Shown: in pieces, positions 9,642-19,683 of the stretch
Position numbering within the stretch: the stretch's first letter is position 1
How the letters are laid out: the number at the start of each line of letters is the position of its first letter
Assembly: GCA_963733095.1 (NCBI GenBank)
Contig: CAVTBV010000001.1
Location: forward strand, 157,951 to 221,950
DNA from: Candidatus Bathyarchaeota archaeon
GTDB lineage: Archaea; Thermoproteota; Bathyarchaeia; Bathyarchaeales; Bathycorpusculaceae
Reading direction: 5' to 3'
DNA length: 64,000 nucleotides
Position numbers and translations under genes: made by a program
Notes under the pieces: generated by a model
What the model saw: only the letters and a program-made list of their open reading frames with translations
Told to the model about the DNA's origin: nothing
The model's database searches: none

Positions 9642-10514
9642 TTGGCTCAAGAAAAAGTCTTGATTATCGGTTTAGGCGAGATTGGTCATACCCTTTTTGC
9701 ATTGTACAGTGAGGCTAAGGCAAAGTTTTCGGTTTATGGTTTAGATTTAGATCTGGAAAAAATGAAGGTGCTGGGCCAAAACAAAGACAACATCCCACCT
9801 AAGGTTGATACTTTGCAGATTTGCCTTCCATGCGGCAATCCAGAAAAATTTGCCGACATAACCAAAAACTACATTGAACAATACAAGCCCAAACTTGTAA
9901 TAATCAACAGCACTGTTCCACCAGGAACCACACTCAAAGTCGCTGCATCATGCACATGTCTTTTAGCTCATTCCCCTGCTCGCGGCGTTCACAAGAGCCC
10001 TGAACACATGATATGGGAGATGAAGCGTTGGACCAAATACGTTGGCGGCGCAAACAAAGAAGCCTCGGAAGTTGCACAGGCGCATTTTGAGGAACTGGGG
10101 TTAAAAGTTAAAGTTCTGAAGAGTTGCCGAGAAACCGAACTAGCAAAACTCTTCGAAACCACCTATCGTGCGTGGATGATTGCATGCTTCCAAGAAATGC
10201 ATCGAATCTCCAAAGCTTTCGAAGCCGACTTCAACGAAACAGTTGATTTCCTCGAAGACACACACCGCGTCAGGTTTGATAGGCCCGTCATGTTTCCAGG
10301 AGTCATCGGCGGTCACTGTTTGATTCCTAACACAGAATTGCTGCTCAAATCGTATGATTCAGAGTTTTTGAGGTTGATTTTGGATTCGAACGAGAAACGC
10401 AAGGAAGAAATCAAGGATAAAACAGTCAAGGCAGAAGCAGAGAAGGTTGCTGCTCGGGCTGAAGCTTTAGAGACGGAATTGACAGGAAAAGAGTCCCACG
10501 AGGGATGTTCCTAA
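9642..10514 (+). CDS. UDP-glucose/GDP-mannose dehydrogenase family protein (short form)
   Basis: IIGLGEIG, NSTVPPGT, ELAKLFETTYR, IGGHCL catalytic Cys; lacks the usual C-terminal domain. Confidence 0.82.
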   Translation: MAQEKVLIIGLGEIGHTLFALYSEAKAKFSVYGLDLDLEKMKVLGQNKDNIPPKVDTLQICLPCGNPEKFADITKNYIEQYKPKLVIINSTVPPGTTLKVAASCTCLLAHSPARGVHKSPEHMIWEMKRWTKYVGGANKEASEVAQAHFEELGLKVKVLKSCRETELAKLFETTYRAWMIACFQEMHRISKAFEADFNETVDFLEDTHRVRFDRPVMFPGVIGGHCLIPNTELLLKSYDSEFLRLILDSNEKRKEEIKDKTVKAEAEKVAARAEALETELTGKESHEGCS

Positions 10515-10559
10515 AATTAAGTGCCCAAATAATCCCTTCTCATTTCTCATCTATAGCCC

Positions 10560-10624
10560 GATTCAACATTTAATCCCATTTGTTTTCCAACAATACAACC
10601 TACCCCTCTACGTTTTCAACATAG
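10560..10624. repeat. Dispersed intergenic element, copy A
   Basis: GATTCAACAT-N-CAATACAACCTACCCCTCTACGTTTTCAACATAG; similar to 46570-46631 and 51777-51840. Confidence 0.55.
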
Positions 10625-10789
10625 AACCACCAATAGGATCCTGATATGTTCGTGTCCGTTTTTGTGCGATTGTCTCCGATTGCTAGCTCTCATCTTTTCC
10701 GTGCCCAACTGATGGGCATGCTTGAACCGCAACCGTTTAATAACAATTCCTTTAAAGTCCTAACCAGCAAAACTAAGAAGGCACACTGA

Positions 10790-11833
10790 TTGTCCATAAA
10801 CACAAACCTTGAAAAACTCTCCAACGCCTGCGGAATAACAGGCAGAGAAGAACAAGTCAGAAACTTAATGGTTCAGTTAATGACTCCATACGCAGACGAA
10901 ATCCAAGTTGATAAAATGGAAAATGTCATAGCCATCAAGAAAGGCAAAGCAAACTCGCCAAAAATCATGTTAGCCGCCCACATGGATGAGGTAGGTTTAA
11001 TGGTAAAAACAATAACAAAAGATGGCTTTCTGCAGTTCGCAAAAATGGGCGGCATCGACGACCGTATCCTTCCCGCTCAAAAAGTGATGGTGTACACTAA
11101 AAAAGGTGAGTTTCCCGGTATAATCGGCTCTAAACCGCCTCATATCCAAAAAGAAGAGGAACGCAAAAAAATCATTTCCTACGACGACCTCTTCATCGAT
11201 GTTGGAGCAGAAAGTAAAGAAGACGCTGCCAGTATGGGTGTAACAGTCGGTGACCCAGTAGCCTTCGATGTAAAATACGTTAAACTGGGCAACGATGCTG
11301 TAATGGGAAAGGCATTTGATAACCGAGCAGGATGTATTACGATGGTTGAAACCCTAAAGATTCTGGGGCAAACTGATTGTACCGTCTGTGCTGTCGGAAC
11401 GGTCCAAGAGGAAGTCGGTTTACGTGGCGCGGCAACAGCAGCTTTTGGTGTTGACCCAGACCTCGCAATAGCGTTAGATGTTACCATTGCGGGCGACGTT
11501 CCAGGCGTAAGAGAATTTGACACCAGCGTAAAGATGGGTGAAGGTCCAGCGCTCACGATTTCCGACTCAGGATTAATCACGCGCCCAAAGGTTTTGAGGT
11601 GGCTTAAGGAAACTGCCGAAGAAGAAAAAATCCCCTATCAAATCGAATCAGGTTTGCTAGGCAGCACAGACGCAGCAAGAATCTCGATAACACGCCAAGG
11701 AATACCATGCGGAAACGTCTCCATAGCCACAAGGTACATCCACAGCCCAGTCGGCATGCTCAGCCTAAAAGACATCGAAAACTCAGCCAAATTAACCGCG
11801 GCAGCAATCCAAAAAGCAACAAAATACTTCTAA
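10790..11833 (+). CDS. M42 family aminopeptidase (TET/Frv-like)
   Basis: AAHMDEVG, GKAFDNRAG, VQEEVGLRGA, RYIHSP. Confidence 0.95.
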   Translation: MSINTNLEKLSNACGITGREEQVRNLMVQLMTPYADEIQVDKMENVIAIKKGKANSPKIMLAAHMDEVGLMVKTITKDGFLQFAKMGGIDDRILPAQKVMVYTKKGEFPGIIGSKPPHIQKEEERKKIISYDDLFIDVGAESKEDAASMGVTVGDPVAFDVKYVKLGNDAVMGKAFDNRAGCITMVETLKILGQTDCTVCAVGTVQEEVGLRGAATAAFGVDPDLAIALDVTIAGDVPGVREFDTSVKMGEGPALTISDSGLITRPKVLRWLKETAEEEKIPYQIESGLLGSTDAARISITRQGIPCGNVSIATRYIHSPVGMLSLKDIENSAKLTAAAIQKATKYF

Positions 11834-11891
11834 CTTTTCTTTACCAATTGTTTTTAATGTTCCCTTCGTTCTAATCTATTGTTGGTCCTAC

Positions 11892-12341
11892 ATGAGTAAA
11901 CCTGACAAATTCGCTGGAAAATTCGATTTCCTAGAGCATACAGCAGATGTATACGTTCGAGCACACGGGAAAAACATGGAGGAAGCCTACGAAAATGCAG
12001 CGCTCTCCATGTTTGAAACCATGACTGACACCGACAAAATCGCCCAAACCCAAGAAGAAACCGTCGAGGTTGAAGCAGAAGACCAATATGCGCTCCTATA
12101 CAATTGGCTTGAAGCGTTGCTGGTTAAGTTTGAGACTGAAAACATGCTCTACTCAAAATTTCAAATTACAGACTGGAAAGAAACGGCTGAAAACTTCAAA
12201 ATTAAAGCTAAAGTTTGGGGAGAAAAATTCGACCCCAAAAAACACCCGCAAAAAGTCGCCGTTAAAGCGGTAACCTACCACCGCATGGTGGTTATCCGGG
12301 AAATGGACCGGGTGATTTTGGAGTTTATCCTCGATATCTAA
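11892..12341 (+). CDS. Archease
   Basis: FLEHTADV and VKAVTYH signatures. Confidence 0.95.
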   Translation: MSKPDKFAGKFDFLEHTADVYVRAHGKNMEEAYENAALSMFETMTDTDKIAQTQEETVEVEAEDQYALLYNWLEALLVKFETENMLYSKFQITDWKETAENFKIKAKVWGEKFDPKKHPQKVAVKAVTYHRMVVIREMDRVILEFILDI

Positions 12342-12991
12342 GCAAAGTTAAGTTTCTTTAATTCCTCTAGCAGTTTTTCAACCATGGGTTCTGGCGGTTG
12401 GTCGAGGGTTTTCGTTTCAAGTTCTATGAACGGAACTTTCTTTTCTTTGTAGAAGGCTATTAGTGGGCTTGTTTGTACTTGGTAGACTTTTAGTCGATTC
12501 TTTATGGTTTCTGGGTTGTCGTCTGAGCGTTGGTAGAGAGGTCCTCCGCATTTGTCGCAGACGCCTTCAACTTTGGGTTTTAGGAATTTGACATTGTAGA
12601 CTGTGCCGCAGTTTTTGCAGATTCTTCGGGTTGATAGGCGTTCGATGATTATCCAATCGGGAACAATCAACTGCATGATGACGTCGATGTTTGTTATGCC
12701 GTCGAGTTTTTTTGCTTGATCAAGGGTGCGTGGGTAACCGTCGAGAATGAAGCCTTTTCCCTTAGAAATTTTGGCTAAATGTGCCTTTAAAACTTCCACA
12801 ACCACGTCATCGGGCACCAAGGCGCCTTTTTCCATGTAACTCTTAACTTTGCGGCTAAGTTCCGAGTCTTCTTTAACTAGTTCACGGAAAATATCTCCCA
12901 TAGAAATAACGTCAACGCCGAGTTTAGCTTGCAGACGTGAGGCATACGTGCCTTTTCCTGCGCCAGGCGCCCCAAAGATAATTGCTTTCAA
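12338..12991 (-). CDS. adk: Adenylate kinase (bacterial/eukaryotic type with Zn lid)
   Basis: GAPGAGKGT, GFILDGYPRT, CKNC..CDKC lid, QRSDD. Confidence 0.95.
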   Translation of the reverse strand: MKAIIFGAPGAGKGTYASRLQAKLGVDVISMGDIFRELVKEDSELSRKVKSYMEKGALVPDDVVVEVLKAHLAKISKGKGFILDGYPRTLDQAKKLDGITNIDVIMQLIVPDWIIIERLSTRRICKNCGTVYNVKFLKPKVEGVCDKCGGPLYQRSDDNPETIKNRLKVYQVQTSPLIAFYKEKKVPFIELETKTLDQPPEPMVEKLLEELKKLNFA

Positions 12992-13102
12992 CTTATTGTC
13001 TCCTATCAGTCTTCTTTCATAGAACGGGATGTGTAATTAAATTTTGTGCCTCTTAGATGGGCGGGAAATATTTATGCTGCAGAGCCTTTTAGCAAAGGGT
13101 AG

Positions 13103-14023
13103 GTGCGACGTTTGCATACTAAAGAAGTTGGCAAAAACCTGTTTATGGTGGAACTGGAGACTGGAGGTTTCAAAAACCTTATTTGCAGTTATGTGATAAA
13201 AGGCAAAAAGCCCTTTCTGGTGGAGTCAGGTCCGACCAGCTCCATTCCTAATCTGCTATCTGGCTTACGGGAACTTGATGTAAAGTTTGCGGATGTCGAA
13301 TACATCGCCGTTACCCATGTGCACCTAGACCATGGAGGCGGCGCAGGTACATTGCTGAAGTACCTGCCAAACGCCAAGGTTGTTGTTCATCCCCGAGGCA
13401 TGCCGCACTTAGTTGATCCTGAACGGCTTTGGACTTCGTCTCAAAAAGTTCTCGGTTTTGTTAGTGAAATCTTTGGCAAACCCGAACCTGTCCCAAAAGA
13501 ACGAGTAATTCCCGTTACTGAGGAAGCTTTTGATTTAGGGGATGGCGCAAAATTGACGGTTACGGAAACTGTGGGTCATGCTTCTCACAATTTGAGTTTT
13601 CAAGAATCGTTTAATGGTGGAGTCTTTCCAGGTGATGCTGCTGGCACTTATCTTCCAGAGTTTGATGTTGTGGTTCCAACTACTCCACCGCCTTTCTATT
13701 TGGATTCGGCATTGACTTCCTTGGACAGATTAATCAGCCTGAACCCAACTGTGCTCTATTTTAGCCATTTTGGAAAAGCCAACGATGCCGTGCAGCGACT
13801 CAAAGACTATAAGGTCCAACTTCAACTTTGGGCTGACATCGCTGAGGCTGGTGTGCAACAAAATCAGAGCTTGGAGCAAATTCGTGATAGGATAGTAGCT
13901 CAGGACAAGGTTATGAATCAAATAGCTGACTTCGTGAAGTCTCATAGAATTTACTCAAAGACTATGCTGGAAAACTGCGTCAGGGGTTTTGTTGAATTCG
14001 CCAAGCAGAAGCAGGGTTCATAA
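13103..14023 (+). CDS. MBL-fold metallohydrolase
   Basis: THVHLDHGGG, GHASH, FPGDAAG, FSHFG. Confidence 0.92.
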   Translation: MRRLHTKEVGKNLFMVELETGGFKNLICSYVIKGKKPFLVESGPTSSIPNLLSGLRELDVKFADVEYIAVTHVHLDHGGGAGTLLKYLPNAKVVVHPRGMPHLVDPERLWTSSQKVLGFVSEIFGKPEPVPKERVIPVTEEAFDLGDGAKLTVTETVGHASHNLSFQESFNGGVFPGDAAGTYLPEFDVVVPTTPPPFYLDSALTSLDRLISLNPTVLYFSHFGKANDAVQRLKDYKVQLQLWADIAEAGVQQNQSLEQIRDRIVAQDKVMNQIADFVKSHRIYSKTMLENCVRGFVEFAKQKQGS

Positions 14024-14059
14024 ACGTTTTATAGTCTCATTCATCTTTTCTGTTGAAAG

Positions 14060-15547
14060 GTGAAGATTTTGGGTGAAAATGAAGGCAGAGCCGCAGCAGA
14101 GCGGGTTCCGTTGGAGAAAGTTAACGATTACATGTGGCGTATTCCACAGTACAAGCCTGAGATGCGGGTTCCAGGCATGATTTTTGCTAACCAAGCACTG
14201 TTAGAGAAGATGCAGACTGACCGAACACTTTGGCAGTGCTCAAACGTTGCACAACTGCCCGGCATCTACAAACATGCAGTTACGCTCCCTGATGGACACG
14301 AAGGTTATGGCTTTCCAATCGGCGGCGTCGCGGCAACCGACTACGAAAACGGCGTCATCAGCCCCGGCGGCGTCGGCTACGACATCAACTGCGGGGTTCG
14401 TCTCCTTTCAACCACGCTAACAGAAAAAGACATACGACCTAAACTTGTGCCCTTGGCAGAAAGCATCTTCCGTAACGTTCCTTCTGGACTTGGCAGCCGA
14501 AGAAAAGACTTCACCGTATCTAACAGCGACCTCGAAAAATTAGTCACCGAAGGCGTTCAGTGGCTCATTGACCGCGGTTTAGGTTGGGCTGAAGATGGAA
14601 AGCACTGTGAAGAAAATGGACACATGAAAAATGCTAACCCAGACAAGGTTTCAAACACAGCCAAAAACCGCGGCTTAACTCAAATCGGTACATTGGGCTC
14701 AGGAAACCATTTCCTTGAAATCCAAAAAGTCGACAAAATCTTTAACGAAAAAACCGCTAAAGCCTTCGGTTTAACCCATGAAGGGCAAGTCACCGTTATG
14801 ATTCACTGTGGGTCAAGAGGGTATGGCCACCAAGTCTGCTCTGACTACCTCCGCGTCATGGAGCATGCAGTGCAAAAATACAAAATATCCCTTCCCGACC
14901 GAGAATTAGCCTGCGCACCCGGAAACAGCCCTGAAGCCAAAGACTACATTGAAGCGATGGCTTGCGCCGTAAACTATGCGTTCTGTAATCGGCAGGCGAT
15001 TATGCATTGGGTCAGACAGAGCTTCCAGCAAGTCTACGGTCAAGACGCCGAAAAATTCGGATTAAGCCTCGTCTACGACGTTGCACACAACATTGCAAAA
15101 GTGGAAACCCACAACATCGACGGAACCCAAAAGAAAGTTTGGGTACACCGCAAAGGAGCCACCCGTGCCTTCCCCGCAGGTCACCCCGACGTTTCAGACG
15201 ATTACAGAAGCGAAGGGCAACCAGTGCTTATTCCAGGCAGTATGGGTACGAGCTCATGGGTTTTGGTGGGTTCGCAGAAGGCGATGGAGTTGACCTTCGG
15301 GTCCACAGCGCATGGTGCAGGCAGGATGATGAGTCGTTCCGCTGCAAAACGTCAGTACTGGGGCGGAGACATAAAGGCAGGTTTGGAGAAACGCGGTATC
15401 GTTGTTCGAGCTGCGAGCGCTTCAGTGTTAGCTGAAGAAGCTGATCCGGCGTACAAGGACGTGGACATGGTTGCAGACGTCAGCGATAAGGTTGGGATCG
15501 CAACTAAGGTTGCAAGGCTAGTCCCATTAGCAGTTGTGAAGGGTTAA
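14060..15547 (+). CDS. rtcB: tRNA-splicing ligase RtcB
   Basis: LPDGHEGYGFPIGG, GYDINCG, GSGNHF, DVAHN, HRKGAT, STAHGAGR. Confidence 0.97.
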   Translation: MKILGENEGRAAAERVPLEKVNDYMWRIPQYKPEMRVPGMIFANQALLEKMQTDRTLWQCSNVAQLPGIYKHAVTLPDGHEGYGFPIGGVAATDYENGVISPGGVGYDINCGVRLLSTTLTEKDIRPKLVPLAESIFRNVPSGLGSRRKDFTVSNSDLEKLVTEGVQWLIDRGLGWAEDGKHCEENGHMKNANPDKVSNTAKNRGLTQIGTLGSGNHFLEIQKVDKIFNEKTAKAFGLTHEGQVTVMIHCGSRGYGHQVCSDYLRVMEHAVQKYKISLPDRELACAPGNSPEAKDYIEAMACAVNYAFCNRQAIMHWVRQSFQQVYGQDAEKFGLSLVYDVAHNIAKVETHNIDGTQKKVWVHRKGATRAFPAGHPDVSDDYRSEGQPVLIPGSMGTSSWVLVGSQKAMELTFGSTAHGAGRMMSRSAAKRQYWGGDIKAGLEKRGIVVRAASASVLAEEADPAYKDVDMVADVSDKVGIATKVARLVPLAVVKG

Positions 15548-15559
15548 CAGCCCCTTCTC

Positions 15560-15600
15560 CTCTTTTTTGTTTCTTTATTTTTTGGTTTGGGTTTGATTTG
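15560..15600 (+). terminator. Oligo-T archaeal terminator after rtcB
   Basis: Several T-runs directly after the stop codon. Confidence 0.5.
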
Positions 15601-15653
15601 GGTAATTGTATATCTAAGTCCTAAACCAAGCATTGTAGAAAACCAAAAGACTG

Positions 15654-17216
15654 GTGCGTCTTAGCAGGAAGCGGAATTTGGGCAAGAATCAAATTAGGCT
15701 TCGGTACAGCGGATTTGTGGTTTTTACAACACAATTGCTAGGTGTCATAACTGGCCTTATCTTTACACTTCTTTTGACCCGAAGCATGACAGTATCCCAA
15801 TTCGGGATATGGACAAACATCTTTGATTACACACCATACTTCATCATTTTAGGCGGTGTTCTACCATTCTGGACCACAAGGTTTACTGCAAGAAGCCAAG
15901 GTGGAACTGCAAAAACCGCTGCTTTAAGCCAGTTATCCATTGCAGTTGCTTCAACCATAATCTATCTGCCTGTTATTTTCTTGATTTCACACGCCATTGG
16001 AACAAGCGCGTACCTGCTTATCTATTTCATCACAGGGTTCTACATCTTGACCTATTACATGGTTGCCGTTTTTGAGGCAGTCTTGCAAGCCACCAGACCC
16101 CAAGCTACTGGATATGGCTTCATAATTCAAGAAATAGTCAAAGTAACAGTTGCTTTAGTCGTAATTTTAGTTTTCAAGCAGATATTTCTGGGCGCAATAT
16201 TAGCATTGGTGTTGGCTCCGGCAGTTCAAATTTTGTATTACTGCTATTTGCTGGCTGGTTACTTTAAGGAAAAAGCAAATTGGGGCTTCCTTAGGCAGTG
16301 GCTTAAGGGTTCACCGGCAATCGCCTTCAACGCCGTGGGAACTCAAATGTTGTCTTTTGTTCTTATCCTGCTTTTCTTGTACGGCGGCTCAGAATCCAGA
16401 GCCTACTATCAAGCAGCCTTAAGTTTCACCACAATCGTTGGATACGCCTCCTCACTTGCGGTTGCGTTATACCCTAAACTTTTAGCCAACTCATGTACAG
16501 ACGAAGAAGTTGGCTTGTCGTTTAGGACTGTATTAATGTTGGCGATTCCCTTGGCTACCCTAATGATAGTTATGGCTGTCTCGTTTTTAACCGTTCTAAA
16601 CGTTTCTTACGGTGTAGCTTGGCCAGTCTTGATTGCATTGACGGCTGACACATTAGTTGTCCTTGTGAATACGTTTTATTATTCATGTCTTATGGGTGTA
16701 GAATCTTTCGATGCTAAAGGCCATATTTCACTTCGCAAACTCGTCAAAAGCAAAATCTTCCAAGTCTTCAGCATCCCCTACATCCAAGCTGCAGTCGCCT
16801 TGCCCATAACCTATTTTGTTCTTACGCAACTGCCTGTAGCCGATGCAGTAACTGCGACGGTTGAGGTTGTCGGGATTCTAATCGGTGTTCATGCGGGAAC
16901 TTTTGTTGGACTGTACTTTTTTATGCGGCGCTCAATCCATATTCCTGTGGCTTGGAAAAGTTTAGCCAAATATGTTCTAGCTGCGTTGCTCATGGGTGCG
17001 GTTCTTTTTCTCTTGCCCACTACAACAACCTTGACATCAACAATAGCTAAAGCGATTGCAGGCTTCGCACTCTACACAGGCTTACTCTTAGCCATCGATA
17101 AACAAGCCAGAGGTCTTGTGAGGTTGATATGGCTGGAGATTACTGTCACCATAAAACAGCTAATCCATCGAACAGTTAATTCAGGAGAAAACACGCGCCA
17201 AACAAGTGAAAATTAA
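15654..17216 (+). CDS. Polysaccharide/oligosaccharide flippase (Wzx/MOP superfamily)
   Basis: About 14 hydrophobic segments; LLLTRSMTVSQFGIW near the N-terminus. Confidence 0.78.
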   Translation: MRLSRKRNLGKNQIRLRYSGFVVFTTQLLGVITGLIFTLLLTRSMTVSQFGIWTNIFDYTPYFIILGGVLPFWTTRFTARSQGGTAKTAALSQLSIAVASTIIYLPVIFLISHAIGTSAYLLIYFITGFYILTYYMVAVFEAVLQATRPQATGYGFIIQEIVKVTVALVVILVFKQIFLGAILALVLAPAVQILYYCYLLAGYFKEKANWGFLRQWLKGSPAIAFNAVGTQMLSFVLILLFLYGGSESRAYYQAALSFTTIVGYASSLAVALYPKLLANSCTDEEVGLSFRTVLMLAIPLATLMIVMAVSFLTVLNVSYGVAWPVLIALTADTLVVLVNTFYYSCLMGVESFDAKGHISLRKLVKSKIFQVFSIPYIQAAVALPITYFVLTQLPVADAVTATVEVVGILIGVHAGTFVGLYFFMRRSIHIPVAWKSLAKYVLAALLMGAVLFLLPTTTTLTSTIAKAIAGFALYTGLLLAIDKQARGLVRLIWLEITVTIKQLIHRTVNSGENTRQTSEN

Positions 17217-17276
17217 TATGTCTAAACAAAGCAGTCTATTTTGAGCGATCTTTGTTCGCTTTAGGTTGGTTTAGGA

Positions 17277-17936
17277 TTGAAGGATGAATGTGGGATCTGC
17301 GGGAGGGTTATGCGGACAACTTACATGCGGCAATGTCAGCGCTGCAAAAAACTTTTCTGCCGAGACTGCATGACTCCTGACGTAGCCACTGGTGACCCGA
17401 TGGCGATGCTATGTCTTCATTGCGCAAGACGAATCGTTTCGCCAAGGACAGTTTCCAAATGGGCTGGGCTTGAAAGTCACCTAAAGTTTCGAGCCGCATT
17501 CACCGATACGGTTAAACTAACATTTGCACGCATCGATGGGTTAATCGGCAGCAACCTTCCCATGGCTGCCTACAAGGACCCTGCGTGGTGGAGCAACGCA
17601 TCTTCTAGCCTTCATACAAAGGCTTGGCTTGATGCAGGCTGGGAAGTTCAGGAAATTAACCTAAAAGAAGGCTACGTTACCTTCAAGAAAGTGCGTAGCG
17701 TCGCATTCAAAAAGTCAAAGAAGAAAAAACCTGAGATAACTCAGCCTTTCACACCTGTACCTGTGCATAGAACGAGGTCAAAGATTCCTTCGAACACCAA
17801 AGTTTCAAAACTCTACGCCCGAATCAAAAACCTTGAACGTCAACGAGCTCTGCCACGGCAACCAGTAAGGGGATTAAAGTCTAAGTCGTCGCAGTATCAG
17901 AAGCGACTCTACAAAAACGATGAAAAACCACAATAG
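17277..17936 (+). CDS. Zn-finger protein with DUF7662-like domain and basic tail
   Basis: Four CxxC pairs, then LTFARIDGLIG..LP..WWSN..AWLDAGW, then a Lys/Arg-rich tail. Confidence 0.7.
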   Translation: MKDECGICGRVMRTTYMRQCQRCKKLFCRDCMTPDVATGDPMAMLCLHCARRIVSPRTVSKWAGLESHLKFRAAFTDTVKLTFARIDGLIGSNLPMAAYKDPAWWSNASSSLHTKAWLDAGWEVQEINLKEGYVTFKKVRSVAFKKSKKKKPEITQPFTPVPVHRTRSKIPSNTKVSKLYARIKNLERQRALPRQPVRGLKSKSSQYQKRLYKNDEKPQ

Positions 17937-17968
17937 CAACCTTTTGCTTATGACTTTGCGGTGTCCCT

Positions 17969-18493
17969 TTGCTTGAACGAATGGTTGGCTCAAAAATTGA
18001 AGAGACCTATCCAAAACTAAAAGCTGCTTTAATGGCAAACGGATGCAAAGTAATCTCTGAAGTGCAACCAATCCAAATCATTCTAAAACAAGGCTCTCTT
18101 TGGGGAATATCACCAAAAACAGCCAAGAAAACGATTACTGTAAATTTAGAAAAAGGTGCTGAAGGCACAAGCGTAAAACTCTCTTCCAAGTTGGCGTCTG
18201 ACTGGAAAAACATCACTCTAATCGGCTGCGTTCTCGCAGTTGTTCTGGTGGGTTTATGCTTTTGGATGGCGACTGATTTAACCACATTAATGGCTTCGCA
18301 CCAGAGCGGTTTTTGGAGTTGGCTAGTCACGGTTGATGGCAATGTTGATTTGGTGGCTGCTCATGCTTTTGTTAATCTAACGTGGGGTCTGGCGGCTTTT
18401 CTTTTAGTAATCATGATTTTGGAAGCTGCGATAGTAGTTTTTGCGCGGTCCAAGATAGATTTGTTCACAGAAGGCGCCTTAAAACAACTATAA
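17969..18493 (+). CDS. Membrane protein
   Basis: Soluble N-domain followed by two TM helices. Confidence 0.7.
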   Translation: MLERMVGSKIEETYPKLKAALMANGCKVISEVQPIQIILKQGSLWGISPKTAKKTITVNLEKGAEGTSVKLSSKLASDWKNITLIGCVLAVVLVGLCFWMATDLTTLMASHQSGFWSWLVTVDGNVDLVAAHAFVNLTWGLAAFLLVIMILEAAIVVFARSKIDLFTEGALKQL

Positions 18494-18498
18494 TAGTA

Positions 18499-19635
18499 TC
18501 ATTGTATTTTTTTGCCGCATGATTCACAGTATGCAGCGTAGTTTTTGTTGCTTGAACCGCAAAAGATACAGAACTTGCTGCCCTCTGCATCAGCGGTTTC
18601 GGTTTGCGGAGTGCTCGGTGCAGAAGAATTCGATACCTCGACTGGATACTGCCTCGGTTTTCTTACAGACCAAACAGCCAAACCTATCGAAACTGCGACA
18701 GCCAACGCAATGATTACGAACAAGAGAGGATTATCAGCGATTAAGTTGAACGATAGAGGTAGTACTGGCTGAACGCTTGGTTGGGTGATGTTAAGGGAAC
18801 CGGAATCTGTTGGGGCTGGTTGATGTGTTGGTTTGGTTGTTGTGACGGGTGCTCCTGTTGGAGTTGGCTCCAAAGTCGGCAAAGCCACTACATTGGGAAT
18901 AAACTGTTTGCTTTCATCTATAGTGTAGATGAAGGCGCTTTGACCGCTGAATTCATCAGGTAACTGCCCAATGTTGAATCCGTTTCCTGTGGTTTCGCAG
19001 TAATAGTAGGTTTTGTTTGAGCCTTCAGGGTAGGTCCAATATGTGCCTTGTAGGTCATTTCCAAGAATGCCGACTGCGTAGTGGTTTGGAGGATTAATGT
19101 AGACAGTGCCGTAGCCCATTATGAGTGTTAAAGTCGCAAAAAGTATGGATGTGTCCTCGCAGTCTCCTCCATCGTCAACCAAGGTCTCTATTGGAAACCG
19201 TGGGTACTCATCATATCCAGTTGTTACTTTATCTGACGTATAGGGTAAGCTTTGAACGAACGCCAACACAAAACTGACTTTGTGGAAGTCATCGTATCCT
19301 TGTCGGTTTGCTGTGTCATTTAGCTGGTTGGCTAAGCTCTGTATGTATGAATCTTTAGTTGTGGTGCAAAAGCCATAGCCTGCTGGTCCATCGCTTGTCC
19401 GCGTGGAAACTGGAACCGACTTGTAAGCGTTGTATAAATCAACTGGAATACTTAGGTTCCAGGTCCAATGTTGCCCGTTGTAATCCCAGGCGAACGATTT
19501 GTCGTAGTACCCGTCGGTTTGGGCTGCTGCTTGATGAGGGAGAATCATGGGTGCAGATATAATGAACGCTAAGGTTACGATGATTAATAGTTTGATTGGT
19601 TTATGTTTCAGCGAGAGTTCGCCCATCTTGACCAA
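18499..19635 (-). CDS. Secreted transglutaminase-like protein with TM anchor and C-terminal zinc ribbon
   Basis: Signal peptide, FVQSLPY, GDCEDTS, NHYAVG, YCETT, Pro/Thr linker, TM, CIFC..CESCG. Confidence 0.85.
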   Translation of the reverse strand: MVKMGELSLKHKPIKLLIIVTLAFIISAPMILPHQAAAQTDGYYDKSFAWDYNGQHWTWNLSIPVDLYNAYKSVPVSTRTSDGPAGYGFCTTTKDSYIQSLANQLNDTANRQGYDDFHKVSFVLAFVQSLPYTSDKVTTGYDEYPRFPIETLVDDGGDCEDTSILFATLTLIMGYGTVYINPPNHYAVGILGNDLQGTYWTYPEGSNKTYYYCETTGNGFNIGQLPDEFSGQSAFIYTIDESKQFIPNVVALPTLEPTPTGAPVTTTKPTHQPAPTDSGSLNITQPSVQPVLPLSFNLIADNPLLFVIIALAVAVSIGLAVWSVRKPRQYPVEVSNSSAPSTPQTETADAEGSKFCIFCGSSNKNYAAYCESCGKKIQ

Positions 19636-19683
19636 TTCAACGTCGTAATTGTTCTCAGTCTAATGTTTAAAACTTATCCCAAA

